Below are positions 10,062-18,729 of a stretch of 64,000 bases of DNA, piece by piece (position 1 is the first letter of the stretch; each line of letters starts with the position of its first letter). This DNA is from Chloroflexota bacterium. Its GTDB lineage: Bacteria > Chloroflexota > Limnocylindria > QHBO01. The stretch is from NCBI GenBank assembly GCA_040877645.1, contig JBBDNI010000049.1, positions 632 to 64,631 on the forward strand, written 5' to 3'. The notes beneath the pieces were generated by a model. It was not told where the DNA came from, did no database searches, and saw nothing but the letters and a program-made list of their open reading frames with translations. A program made the translations under genes and the position numbers.

Positions 10062-11048
10062 CTACCGTCCGTGGTGCTTCGCCTTGACCTCGCGCATGGC
10101 AACGTCCGCTCGCTCCGTCAGCTGATCGACGGTGTCGCCCTCGGCCAGGCCTGCGAATCCAACGCTGATGCCAACCCGCGTGTCCGACTCGATGGCAATC
10201 GCGATCGAGTCGAATCGACGCTGAGCCTCGGCTATGTCGGTCCCACCCAGCCCGCATACGAACTCGTCGCCGCCGTAGCGGAAGATCGGGTCAAACGTGC
10301 GTAGCCGTGTGCGGATCGCACTGACCACCGACTGCAGCACCCGATCGCCGGCGGCGTGGCCGTCGCGATCATTCACTTCCTTGAGCCCGTCCACGTCCAC
10401 GAAGGCCAGCACGAACCGACCGTCAGTCCGTCGCGCCCTGTCGATCTCGTGGGAGAGGGCGAGCTGTCCCATCTCGCGCCGGTAGGCGCCGGTCAACTCA
10501 TCGAGATGGGCGGATCGGAGCTCCGCCTCGAGGCGAGTCCGCTCGCGAGCCGCAGTCGCCCGATCGTGCGCGGCACGAGCCCGGTCGCTGGCCGCTCGTG
10601 CCGGGTCGGTAGCGGCCTGGGCGCCAAGCTCCGCAAGCTGCTTCATCAGCGACTCTTCGGGCTCGGCCATCGTTGGTGCAAGGTCAGCCTGTCGGGCATC
10701 GCGGGCGTGCCCGGTCGCGTCGCGCCGTTCGGCGCTCCGATCCCGCTCTTCGGCCGTCACCTCACGGTCGCCCGAGGTGCGGGCACGACGGATGCCGCTC
10801 CCGTAGCGCTGGATGGACTCGACCTCCCGCTCGTGGCGAGAGGCCTGGTAGTCGATCTCGTCCTCGGCGCTCAGGTCGGGATGAGCGGCATGATCGCGTC
10901 CGGCAGCCGCCTGGTCACGAGCCGAGGCGCGCTCGTCCAGATCGGCGCTCTGCTGATCTGCCGCCGAGGCGGTCTGGTCAGCGTCAGAAGACGTCTGGTC
11001 GGCATCGGCTGCCGAACTGGTCCTCATCTGCTGACGCCTGTTCAGCAT
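10062..11048 (-). CDS. Diguanylate cyclase (GGDEF) with a charged coiled-coil N-terminal region
   Basis: The C-terminal GGDEF domain (FVDVDGLKEVNDRDGHAAGD, RYGGDEFV) is intact. The N-terminal 150 aa are low-complexity D/Q/A/R-rich, and no sensor domain is recognisable. Confidence 0.8.
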   Translation of the reverse strand: MLNRRQQMRTSSAADADQTSSDADQTASAADQQSADLDERASARDQAAAGRDHAAHPDLSAEDEIDYQASRHEREVESIQRYGSGIRRARTSGDREVTAEERDRSAERRDATGHARDARQADLAPTMAEPEESLMKQLAELGAQAATDPARAASDRARAAHDRATAARERTRLEAELRSAHLDELTGAYRREMGQLALSHEIDRARRTDGRFVLAFVDVDGLKEVNDRDGHAAGDRVLQSVVSAIRTRLRTFDPIFRYGGDEFVCGLGGTDIAEAQRRFDSIAIAIESDTRVGISVGFAGLAEGDTVDQLTERADVAMREVKAKHHGR

Positions 11049-11249
11049 GGGCGGCTCGCCGAATGTCTCCGATCGACTGCTGATCGTCGACCTTCGGGGC
11101 GCCAGGAGTCTCGGGTTGGTCGCGGGCCCGACCGCGCCTATTCATTTTCCCCTCCCGCCGAAGTACGCGCGCGTGCGCCCGAATTTCGGCTTCGGCCGAT
11201 GGTACCACCGGCGTCGAGTACCTCCGGTTGGGCAGGGCAGATCTGAGCG

Positions 11250-11936
11250 TTACAACGCACCGAGCGCGCGTAAGCTGACCCAGCGCCCGTGCCCGATCAC
11301 CAGGTGGTCGAGCAGGTCGATGTCCAGCAGACGCCCGGCCTCGGCCAGTTCGCGGGTGATGCGCAGGTCCTCGGCCGAAGGCGACGGATCGCCGGAGGGG
11401 TGGTTGTGGACGACGACCATCGAGGCCGCCTGGCGGCGGACAGCGTCGCGGAAGACCTCCCCGATCCGGACCGATGAGCCGGCCAAGTTGCCCGCGTAGA
11501 CGGTCACCATCCCGGTCACCACGTTCTTGGTGTTGAGCAGCACCGACCGCAGCTCCTCGCGCTCCAGGTGCCCCATCGCCGGCAGCAGGCGCTCAGCGAG
11601 ATCGGCCGGCGAGCGGATCCGCCAGCCGGCAGGGGGCCACGCGCTCGCAACCCGCCGGCCGAGCTCGACTGCGGCGAGCAGGCGAAGCGTGCGCGTCCGT
11701 CCGAGCGGACCGAGGTCAGACGCGCTCGGCTCAGCGAGTCCAGCGATCCCGACCTCGTCGAGGATTGTGCGTGCGGCCGCCGAGGCCCCGGCTCCGCTCA
11801 GCACGAGGGCGAGCAGCTCGTCGTTGGGAAGCGCGCCCGGATCGAGGCGTATCGGTCCAGCCCGCGCTCGGGCACTGCCCACCGGGCGCAACGGGGCGAT
11901 GGCAGCGGTGTCGACCGCGCGCAGAAGGGCTGACAC
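11250..11936 (-). CDS. radC: RadC-like JAB-domain protein (UPF0758)
   Basis: 228 aa with the JAMM motif HNHPSGDPSPSAEDLRITREL and an N-terminal HhH-like region. Confidence 0.85.
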   Translation of the reverse strand: MSALLRAVDTAAIAPLRPVGSARARAGPIRLDPGALPNDELLALVLSGAGASAAARTILDEVGIAGLAEPSASDLGPLGRTRTLRLLAAVELGRRVASAWPPAGWRIRSPADLAERLLPAMGHLEREELRSVLLNTKNVVTGMVTVYAGNLAGSSVRIGEVFRDAVRRQAASMVVVHNHPSGDPSPSAEDLRITRELAEAGRLLDIDLLDHLVIGHGRWVSLRALGAL

Positions 11937-11989
11937 GGCGCGAGACTAGACCCGTCCCGCTGACTGCACCCTTATCCGGTGGTTATCGG

Positions 11990-12895
11990 TCAGGTAGGGA
12001 GAGATAGGATCCCCAGGCGATCCAGGAGCGTGATGCCAACCGAGATTGCATTGAAGCCTGCGTGCATCGCCATCGCCGCCAACAGGCTTCCCGTTCTGCG
12101 GTAGACGATCGCCAGCGACACGCCCAGGGCGAAGATCGGCACTAGGGCGAAAAGGCTGGTGTGGATGATGGCGAAGAGCGCCGCCGAGCCAAACAGCGCG
12201 ATCCGGGGACCGCGCTCGCGAAGCCAGGCGTTGTAGACCACGCCCCGGAAGAAGAGCTCTTCGGCCGCCGGCGCGACCACGATGAATGCGACCAGCACCA
12301 CCGTGGGATCGCCGCGGGCGAGGACCGTGTCGGCAACACCGGCCTCCTGCGTGAAGCCGATGGCTTCCAGCGCGATCGCGGCGACGGCTGCCAGCACGGT
12401 CGCCGCTACCCAGGCGGGGACGGCGAGGGCCAGGCCGATGAGCATGGAGCGAGCTGCCCCCGACGGCGGGGTCAGCCGCAGCCCGGCCAGCGCCTTCGGC
12501 GCCACGATCAGGGCACCGGTGACGGTCAGCAGCCCGATCTGGGTCGAGGTGAGCAGGATCAGCGTGCCCAGGATCGACAGGTCGCCGCCATCGAGCAGCG
12601 CGAGCGCGGTCTCACCCGACCCGAGTGCGACGACCGTCCCGACGATCAGCGCCAGCAGGAGCAGGACGACGACTGCCGGGCCCCGATAGCGTTCCGGGGC
12701 CAGCTGCCCACGGACGATCACCGCTCGCACCGCGTTGGTCACCAGCCCGGCAAGCAGCAGCAGGCCTCCGAGCGCGATGAGCAGCAGCTGGCCCAGCAGC
12801 CGCTCGACGTCGTCGATCGAGGCTGAGGCGAGCAGGTTGGGATTGCCGAGCAGGACCGCCGTTGGGAGGAGCAGCCCTGCCGCGATCATCAGCAT
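11990..12895 (-). CDS. CPBP family intramembrane glutamic endopeptidase (CAAX protease/Abi family)
   Basis: Polytopic membrane protein with the motif-1 EELFFRG and downstream FxxxH-type motifs (FAIIHTS, AMHAGFN). Confidence 0.75.
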   Translation of the reverse strand: MLMIAAGLLLPTAVLLGNPNLLASASIDDVERLLGQLLLIALGGLLLLAGLVTNAVRAVIVRGQLAPERYRGPAVVVLLLLALIVGTVVALGSGETALALLDGGDLSILGTLILLTSTQIGLLTVTGALIVAPKALAGLRLTPPSGAARSMLIGLALAVPAWVAATVLAAVAAIALEAIGFTQEAGVADTVLARGDPTVVLVAFIVVAPAAEELFFRGVVYNAWLRERGPRIALFGSAALFAIIHTSLFALVPIFALGVSLAIVYRRTGSLLAAMAMHAGFNAISVGITLLDRLGILSLPT

Positions 12896-12990
12896 CGAGG
12901 CGATCTGCAGGCCGCGATGGCGGCTCAGGATCTGGCGGTCAGGAGTGGCTGGCGGCTCGTCACCCGGCTCCGTCGCCGGGAGGGGAGGGA

Positions 12991-13581
12991 TCAGGGGTTC
13001 GAGGCGGGACGGAGCCCTGGCTCAGCGCCCATCTCGGGAGCTCGCTCGGCTGGCCTCAGTGCGGGAGCATATTCCGGCTGCCGCTCCAGGATGCGCTGCG
13101 GCGCGCGCTGGAACTCATGCCCGCAATAGGCGCACAGCGGCCACTCCGGGTCGGCGAGCCGGCTGCACGACGGGCAGACGCGGTGCAGGCGCGTGCGACA
13201 GTTGGGGCAGACCAGCCAGTCGGCATGCACCCGGTCGCGGCAGACGGGACAGAGCTCGTTCTTCTCCACCTCGGCCAGCAGCGACTCCTCCGCCAGCGAT
13301 CGCTCGTAGACCTCGGCCAGCGACTCGCGCGGCCGCACGATCATGTACAGCACAACCGCGAACAGGAAGAGGAGCGGCGTAAAGAAGATGATCAGCGCCG
13401 AGGCGAAGTACGGCAGGATCGGGTTCTCGCTGCGTGCCTGCATGTCGCGGAACGCCCAATAGGCGGTGCCCAGCCAGAGCAGGACCACGTAGATGACGAT
13501 CAGCGTGCCCGCGGTCTGGACCAGCGGGTTGGTGATGAAGTCGTTCCAGATCTTCCCCGGATCCGGCAGGCCGTCTGGCAT
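12991..13581 (-). CDS. Double zinc-ribbon (DZR) domain membrane protein
   Basis: About 3 TM helices are followed by four CxxC pairs (CPVCRD...CPNCRT...CPSCSR...CAYCGHEF). Confidence 0.6.
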   Translation of the reverse strand: MPDGLPDPGKIWNDFITNPLVQTAGTLIVIYVVLLWLGTAYWAFRDMQARSENPILPYFASALIIFFTPLLFLFAVVLYMIVRPRESLAEVYERSLAEESLLAEVEKNELCPVCRDRVHADWLVCPNCRTRLHRVCPSCSRLADPEWPLCAYCGHEFQRAPQRILERQPEYAPALRPAERAPEMGAEPGLRPASNP

Positions 13582-13600
13582 GGAAAGGAGCCTCTCCTAG

Positions 13601-14221
13601 TTACCGCCGTGCGCGAATTGGCGCCCGCGACGCGGCGGTCATGCTAGCAGATAGGCGTGCAAGCACCTCCACCACGGTCCGATGCTCGACCTCGAGGACG
13701 CGCTCGGCGAGCTCGGCGGCCGTGGTCCCGGCCTCGACCGGGATCCGGACCTGGGTGATCGCCAGGCCACCGTCGAGCTGCTCGGTCACCTCGTGGATCG
13801 TTACGCCCGTCTCGGTCTCCCGCGCGGCCAGCACGGCCTCGTGGACGGCCAGCCCCATCATCCCTCGCCCTCCGTGCCGCGGCAGGAGGGAGGGGTGGAC
13901 GTTGATGGTGCGGCCGTCGTACGCGGCGAAGTACGGGCGCCGCAGAAGCTGGTCGTAGCCGGCCAGCAGCGCCAGCTCGCAGCCCGCCCCGCGCAGCGCC
14001 GTCCCAATGGCCGCATCCCGCGCATCGGCGTCAGCGAAGTCGGCCGCGGCCATGACCTGCCATGGGACGCCGAAGCGAGCCGCGACCTCGAGCGCCCGGA
14101 TTGCGGGGCGGTTGGCGATCACGATGGCCGGCTCGACGGCCGGCAGCCGTCCCTCCGCGACCGCGCGCAGGACCGCCTCCAGATTCGAGCCTCGTCCTGA
14201 GACGAGGATGCCGAGCCGCAT
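13601..14221 (-). CDS. purN: Phosphoribosylglycinamide formyltransferase
   Basis: MRLGILVSGRGSNLEAVL...INVHPSLLP, about 200 aa. Confidence 0.9.
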   Translation of the reverse strand: MRLGILVSGRGSNLEAVLRAVAEGRLPAVEPAIVIANRPAIRALEVAARFGVPWQVMAAADFADADARDAAIGTALRGAGCELALLAGYDQLLRRPYFAAYDGRTINVHPSLLPRHGGRGMMGLAVHEAVLAARETETGVTIHEVTEQLDGGLAITQVRIPVEAGTTAAELAERVLEVEHRTVVEVLARLSASMTAASRAPIRARR

Positions 14222-14224
14222 CGG

Positions 14225-15256
14225 TCAGGCGAAGGAGACGCGCGGATCGCCCGCCTGACAGCTGACGATGGTGCCGACCCGCCGCGCCTCGGGCAGGGCG
14301 CGCTGGACCACCTCCGCCATCTCCGGCCGGACGACGCAGGTCAACCCGATGCCGAGGTTGAAGGTCCGCACCATCTCGTCGTCGCCGATGTCGCCGTGCT
14401 CCTGGAGCATGCTGAAGATGAGCGGCACAGGCCATGACCCGAGCTCGACCTGGGCGCCGAGGCCCGCCGGCAGGGTGCGCGGGATGTTGTCGACCCAGCC
14501 ACCGCCGGTGATGTGGGCCAGCGCGAGGAGGTCGCCTCCGGCCTCGCGCAGGGCTCGACGCGTCAGCCGGATCTCGTCCAGGTACGAGCGGTGCGGCTCC
14601 AACAGCTCCTCCCCGATCGTCCGCTCCAGGCCGGGGGCGGTCCGCCGCCAGTCGTCCTCGGTGAAGATGCGGCGTGCCAGCGAGTATCCGTTGGTATGCA
14701 GCCCGCTCGACGGCAGCCCGATCAACACGTCGTCGACTTGGACGCTCGCCCCGTCGATCACGTCGGCCCGGGAGACCACGCCCACGATGAACCCGGCCAG
14801 GTCGAAGTCATCGCCCTGGTACAGGTCGGGCAGCTCGGCTGTCTCGCCGCCGACCAGCGCAACGCCGGCCGCCGCGCAGGCGTCCGCGATCCCCGACACG
14901 ATCTCGGCCGCGATCTCGGCACGGAGCCTGCCTACCGCGAGGTAGTCCAGGAAGAAGAGCGGATCGGCTCCGCATACCGCGATGTCGTTGATGCAGTGGT
15001 TGACGACGTCCACGCCGATGCTGTCGTATCGGTTCAGCGCGATCGCCAGCTTGAGCTTCGTCCCCACCCCGTCGGTCGATGCCACCAGCACCGGGTCATC
15101 GTGCGTGGTCGGGTCGAAGCGGAAGAGGCTCCCGAAGCCGCCGACCCCCCTGATCACCCCCGGCGTGGCGGTGGTTGCCGCCGCTCGGGCGATCAGCTCA
15201 ACCGCTCGTTGCCCCTCGGAGATGTCGACCCCCGCGGCGCGATAGCGGTCGCCCAT
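14225..15256 (-). CDS. purM: Phosphoribosylformylglycinamidine cyclo-ligase (AIR synthetase)
   Basis: 343 aa. DIAVCGADPLFFLDYLAVG, GGETAE and HITGGG are AIRS motifs. Confidence 0.9.
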   Translation of the reverse strand: MGDRYRAAGVDISEGQRAVELIARAAATTATPGVIRGVGGFGSLFRFDPTTHDDPVLVASTDGVGTKLKLAIALNRYDSIGVDVVNHCINDIAVCGADPLFFLDYLAVGRLRAEIAAEIVSGIADACAAAGVALVGGETAELPDLYQGDDFDLAGFIVGVVSRADVIDGASVQVDDVLIGLPSSGLHTNGYSLARRIFTEDDWRRTAPGLERTIGEELLEPHRSYLDEIRLTRRALREAGGDLLALAHITGGGWVDNIPRTLPAGLGAQVELGSWPVPLIFSMLQEHGDIGDDEMVRTFNLGIGLTCVVRPEMAEVVQRALPEARRVGTIVSCQAGDPRVSFA

Positions 15257-15262
15257 CGGTGC

Positions 15263-16795
15263 CTACCCGCGCTCGAGGGCGAACTTGTCGACGTCGAGCG
15301 GCACGTCGACCGGGTAGCGGCCGTCGAAGCAGGCGGTGCAGTGCCGCCGCTCGTCGCCGCCGACGGCGGCCAGCAGCCCGTCCTGCGACAGGTAGCCGAG
15401 CGTGTCGGCGCCGATCGCCTGCCGGATCCCGTCGAGCGAGAGGTTGGCGGCAATCAGCTCGGCACGCCGGCCTGTGTCGACCCCCATGTAGCACGGGAAC
15501 TGCATCTGGGGTGAGTGGACGCGCACGTGGAGCTCGCGTGCTCCGGCGCGACGAAGCATGGCGACGATTGGTGCCAGGGTCGTGCCGCGCACGATCGAGT
15601 CGTCGACCACCACCACGCGCTTCCCGGCCAGCACCTCGGGGAGCGGGTTGAACTTGAGCCGGACCGACGCCTCGCGGGAGCTCTGGCCGGGCTGGATGAA
15701 GGTGCGCCCAACGTATCGGTTCTTGATCAGCCCCTCGCGGTACGGAAGGCCGGACTGCTCGGCGAAGCCGATGGCGGCGGGAATGGCCGAGTCGGGCACC
15801 GCGATCACCAGGTCTGCGTCAGCGGGCTGCTCGACGGCCAGGCGACGCCCCATCCGCATCCTGGCCTCGTACAGCAGGCGCCCGCCGATGACGCTGTCCG
15901 GTCGCGCGAGGTAGACGAACTCGAAGACGCACAACCGCTCCCGCGCATCGCTCGCCTCGGCGCTGACGCCGGGGCGGTGGGAATGGACCCCGTCGTCATC
16001 GATGGTCAGGATCTCGCCCGCCTCGACGTCGCGCACGAAGGTGGCGCCGATCGCGTCGAGCGCGACGCTCTCGGATGCCACCGCCCAGCCGACCGGCCGG
16101 CCATCGTCGTCATGCAGCCGGCCCAGGGCAAGGGGCCGGAACCCGACCGGATCCCGAGCTGCGATGAGCGCTCGAGCGGTGAGCATCGTGAAGGTGAAGG
16201 CGCCCGACGCGCGGTGGAACGCGTGCTCGACGCGGGGGGCCCAGGCACGCCCCGGCGCGTGGGCAATCAGCTTGGCCAGCACCTCGGTATCGCTGGCGGT
16301 GATGAAGTCGACCCCCTGCTCGGTCAGCGCGTCGCGCAGCCAGGTGGCGTTCGTGAGATTGCCGTTGTGCCCCAGCATCAGCTCGCCGAGATCGCTGTCG
16401 GCGTACACCGGCTGCACGTTCGGCAGGCTGTTCGAACCGGTGGTGCTGTAGCGCGTGTGCCCGATCGCCATGCGCGCCGCGTGGGCAGATCCGCCGTCAT
16501 CCGCCTCGGAGTCCAGGCGGCCGAGCGTCTCCTCGTCGAAGACCTGGCCGACGAGGCCCAGTCGCTTGTGGAGGGTGAGCCGCGCGCCGTCCGACACCGC
16601 GATGCCGGCCGATTCCTGCCCCCGGTGCTGCAATGCGTGCAGACCGAGCGCGGTCAGGTGCGCAACCGGCAGCCCTGGTGCGTGGATGCCGACCACACCG
16701 CACTCCTCCCGTGGCCCATGAGGCTCGTAGATGGGGAGCTCAGATGGGTGCAGTTCGGCCTCGGTTCGGGCGACGGGAGCGGCAGTCCGTCGCAC
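15263..16795 (-). CDS. purF: Amidophosphoribosyltransferase
   Basis: The Ntn catalytic Cys (ECGVVGIHAP), the PRTase motif VVVVDDSIVRGTT and a C-terminal Fe-S cysteine region are present. The start is assigned to an in-frame GTG about 31 codons before the catalytic Cys, implying a long propeptide. The longer track ORF (to 17029) is probably overextended. Start is uncertain. Confidence 0.85.
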   Translation of the reverse strand: MRRTAAPVARTEAELHPSELPIYEPHGPREECGVVGIHAPGLPVAHLTALGLHALQHRGQESAGIAVSDGARLTLHKRLGLVGQVFDEETLGRLDSEADDGGSAHAARMAIGHTRYSTTGSNSLPNVQPVYADSDLGELMLGHNGNLTNATWLRDALTEQGVDFITASDTEVLAKLIAHAPGRAWAPRVEHAFHRASGAFTFTMLTARALIAARDPVGFRPLALGRLHDDDGRPVGWAVASESVALDAIGATFVRDVEAGEILTIDDDGVHSHRPGVSAEASDARERLCVFEFVYLARPDSVIGGRLLYEARMRMGRRLAVEQPADADLVIAVPDSAIPAAIGFAEQSGLPYREGLIKNRYVGRTFIQPGQSSREASVRLKFNPLPEVLAGKRVVVVDDSIVRGTTLAPIVAMLRRAGARELHVRVHSPQMQFPCYMGVDTGRRAELIAANLSLDGIRQAIGADTLGYLSQDGLLAAVGGDERRHCTACFDGRYPVDVPLDVDKFALERG

Positions 16796-17034
16796 CGCGA
16801 TCAGTGTGCGGAGCGGCAGCGAGGCACACCGCGATGATAGCCGAGCCGGCCCGGTGCGCGGGCGCTCCGGGACCGCCGTACCCGGCCGGTACTGCATCGC
16901 ACCGCACCTGGCACTCGCCGCCGCCCCGAGGCCGGGTGCAGGCATGCAACGCCTGACGATCGGGTCATGGCAGGTACCGCCGGCGCCGCCCATTCTCGTG
17001 TGAGATCGATCTCGTCCCGAGGAGCCCAAATTAG

Positions 17035-18729
17035 ATGCTGCGAATCGTCCGGGCGCTGGGCTTTCTGGCCCCCCTCCCGGTCGCCCTGCTGGCGATGGTC
17101 AGCCTCACCATCGTGCCCGAAGCGGACCCACGCCAGCGTGGCATCTTCCTTGGGCTGGTGGTGCTTGCCGCGGCCGCCGGCGCAACGTCCATGGCGCTCG
17201 CCTGCTGGAGCTTCCTCGGATGGCGCCTGGGTCGCCTGGCCGCCGCCCTCGAGGCGACCCTCGACTCCGAGAGCCCCGTCCGACTTCGCGAAGCGGGGAT
17301 CCCGGCCGAGCGCCGCCTCGCACAGGCGATCAACGCCGCGTCCGGCGCCTTCGTCCAGGTCGAGGCACGGGCCGCCCACGACCGACTGACGGGCGTCGCC
17401 AACCGCGAGACGCTGCTGACCACGCTGGCGTCGGAGATCGAGCGCGCCACGCGCCACGAGAAATGGCTCTCGGTCGCCTTCATCGACATCGATCGCTTCA
17501 AGCCGGTCAACGACACCTACGGCCATCACGCGGGTGATGCGGTGCTGCGCCAGATCGCCAAACTCATCACGGACAACATCCGGGCCAGCGATACGTTTGG
17601 CCGCTACGGCGGCGAGGAGTTCATGCTGATCCTGCCCGAGACCACGCCTGACGAGGCCGCCGTGCTCGCGGAGCAGCTCCGCACCCTGGTCATGGAGCAG
17701 CCGATGCTCACCGCCCGCGACCAGTCGCTGCGGGTCACGATCAGCATCGGCGTGGCAGGCGACCGCGGTTCGCAGCTGCTGGCCGACAGGCTCGTCGACC
17801 AGGCCGATGCGGCGATGTACGCCGCCAAGTCACTGGGACGCAACCGCACGTACCGCTACCGCGCGGTCGATGAGAACGCACCGGTTCGACGGGCCCCGAT
17901 CTCCGCCGATCGGCGGGCGGCCGCCACGGCGATCGGTCGCTGGGCCAGCGACACCGCCGCAGAGGCGCTGGCATCGGTCCTGGCTCCGCAGCCGCACCAT
18001 CGCGGACAGCCGTCGGACATGATCGCATCGCTGGCGACCGGGATGGCCCTCGAGCTGGGGCTCCCGCCCGAGGAGATCGAGCGGATCCGGATCGCCAGCC
18101 TGCTGCACGATCTCGGCAAGCTGGCCGTGCCGGCAGAGATCCTTGACAAGCCGTCGAACCTCACCGATCGGGAGTGGCAGTCGATCGGGGAGCACCCGCG
18201 CATCGGACAGGTCATCCTCGAGCAGGCGTCGTCGCTTCGCGAGGCCGTGCCGGTCGTGCTGCACCACCACGAGCACTACAACGGAGGCGGGTATCCGCAC
18301 GGCCTGCGCGGCAACGAGATCCCGCTCGGAGCGCGCATCGTGGCCGTCGCCGACGCCTATCACGCCATGATCCACGACCGCCCGTACAAGACCAAGCGCG
18401 GCCACCGCGAGGCGCTGGACGAGCTGCGCAAGCACGCGGGCACCCAGTTCGACCCCGACGTGGTCGGGATCTTCTGCACCCTCTTCGCCGAGGGCGTGCC
18501 GCCCGACGGCCTGGACGAGGTCTACAACCTCCATCAGCGAGCGCGTGGCGGCCTGCGCAAGCTCGAGCCGCGGGCGGCGGCGGCGATCCTGGGCGTGGTT
18601 GCCAACGGCGTTGTGCCGGCTCACGATCACCACCACGACGGGCTGCCACCGCGACGGGCTGCCCGGACGCGGCGGAAGATGCCCGCTGCCGCGACGGCGC
18701 CGGCCAGCCTCGACGAGGCGGCCGGCTAA
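17035..18729 (+). CDS. Bifunctional c-di-GMP protein: GGDEF (GGEEF) diguanylate cyclase fused to an HD-GYP phosphodiesterase, with 2 N-terminal TM helices
   Basis: RYGGEEFMLIL (GGDEF domain). HD-GYP signatures are HDLGK and HHHEHYNGGGYPHGL. Two hydrophobic segments lie at the N-terminus. Confidence 0.8.
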   Translation: MLRIVRALGFLAPLPVALLAMVSLTIVPEADPRQRGIFLGLVVLAAAAGATSMALACWSFLGWRLGRLAAALEATLDSESPVRLREAGIPAERRLAQAINAASGAFVQVEARAAHDRLTGVANRETLLTTLASEIERATRHEKWLSVAFIDIDRFKPVNDTYGHHAGDAVLRQIAKLITDNIRASDTFGRYGGEEFMLILPETTPDEAAVLAEQLRTLVMEQPMLTARDQSLRVTISIGVAGDRGSQLLADRLVDQADAAMYAAKSLGRNRTYRYRAVDENAPVRRAPISADRRAAATAIGRWASDTAAEALASVLAPQPHHRGQPSDMIASLATGMALELGLPPEEIERIRIASLLHDLGKLAVPAEILDKPSNLTDREWQSIGEHPRIGQVILEQASSLREAVPVVLHHHEHYNGGGYPHGLRGNEIPLGARIVAVADAYHAMIHDRPYKTKRGHREALDELRKHAGTQFDPDVVGIFCTLFAEGVPPDGLDEVYNLHQRARGGLRKLEPRAAAAILGVVANGVVPAHDHHHDGLPPRRAARTRRKMPAAATAPASLDEAAG

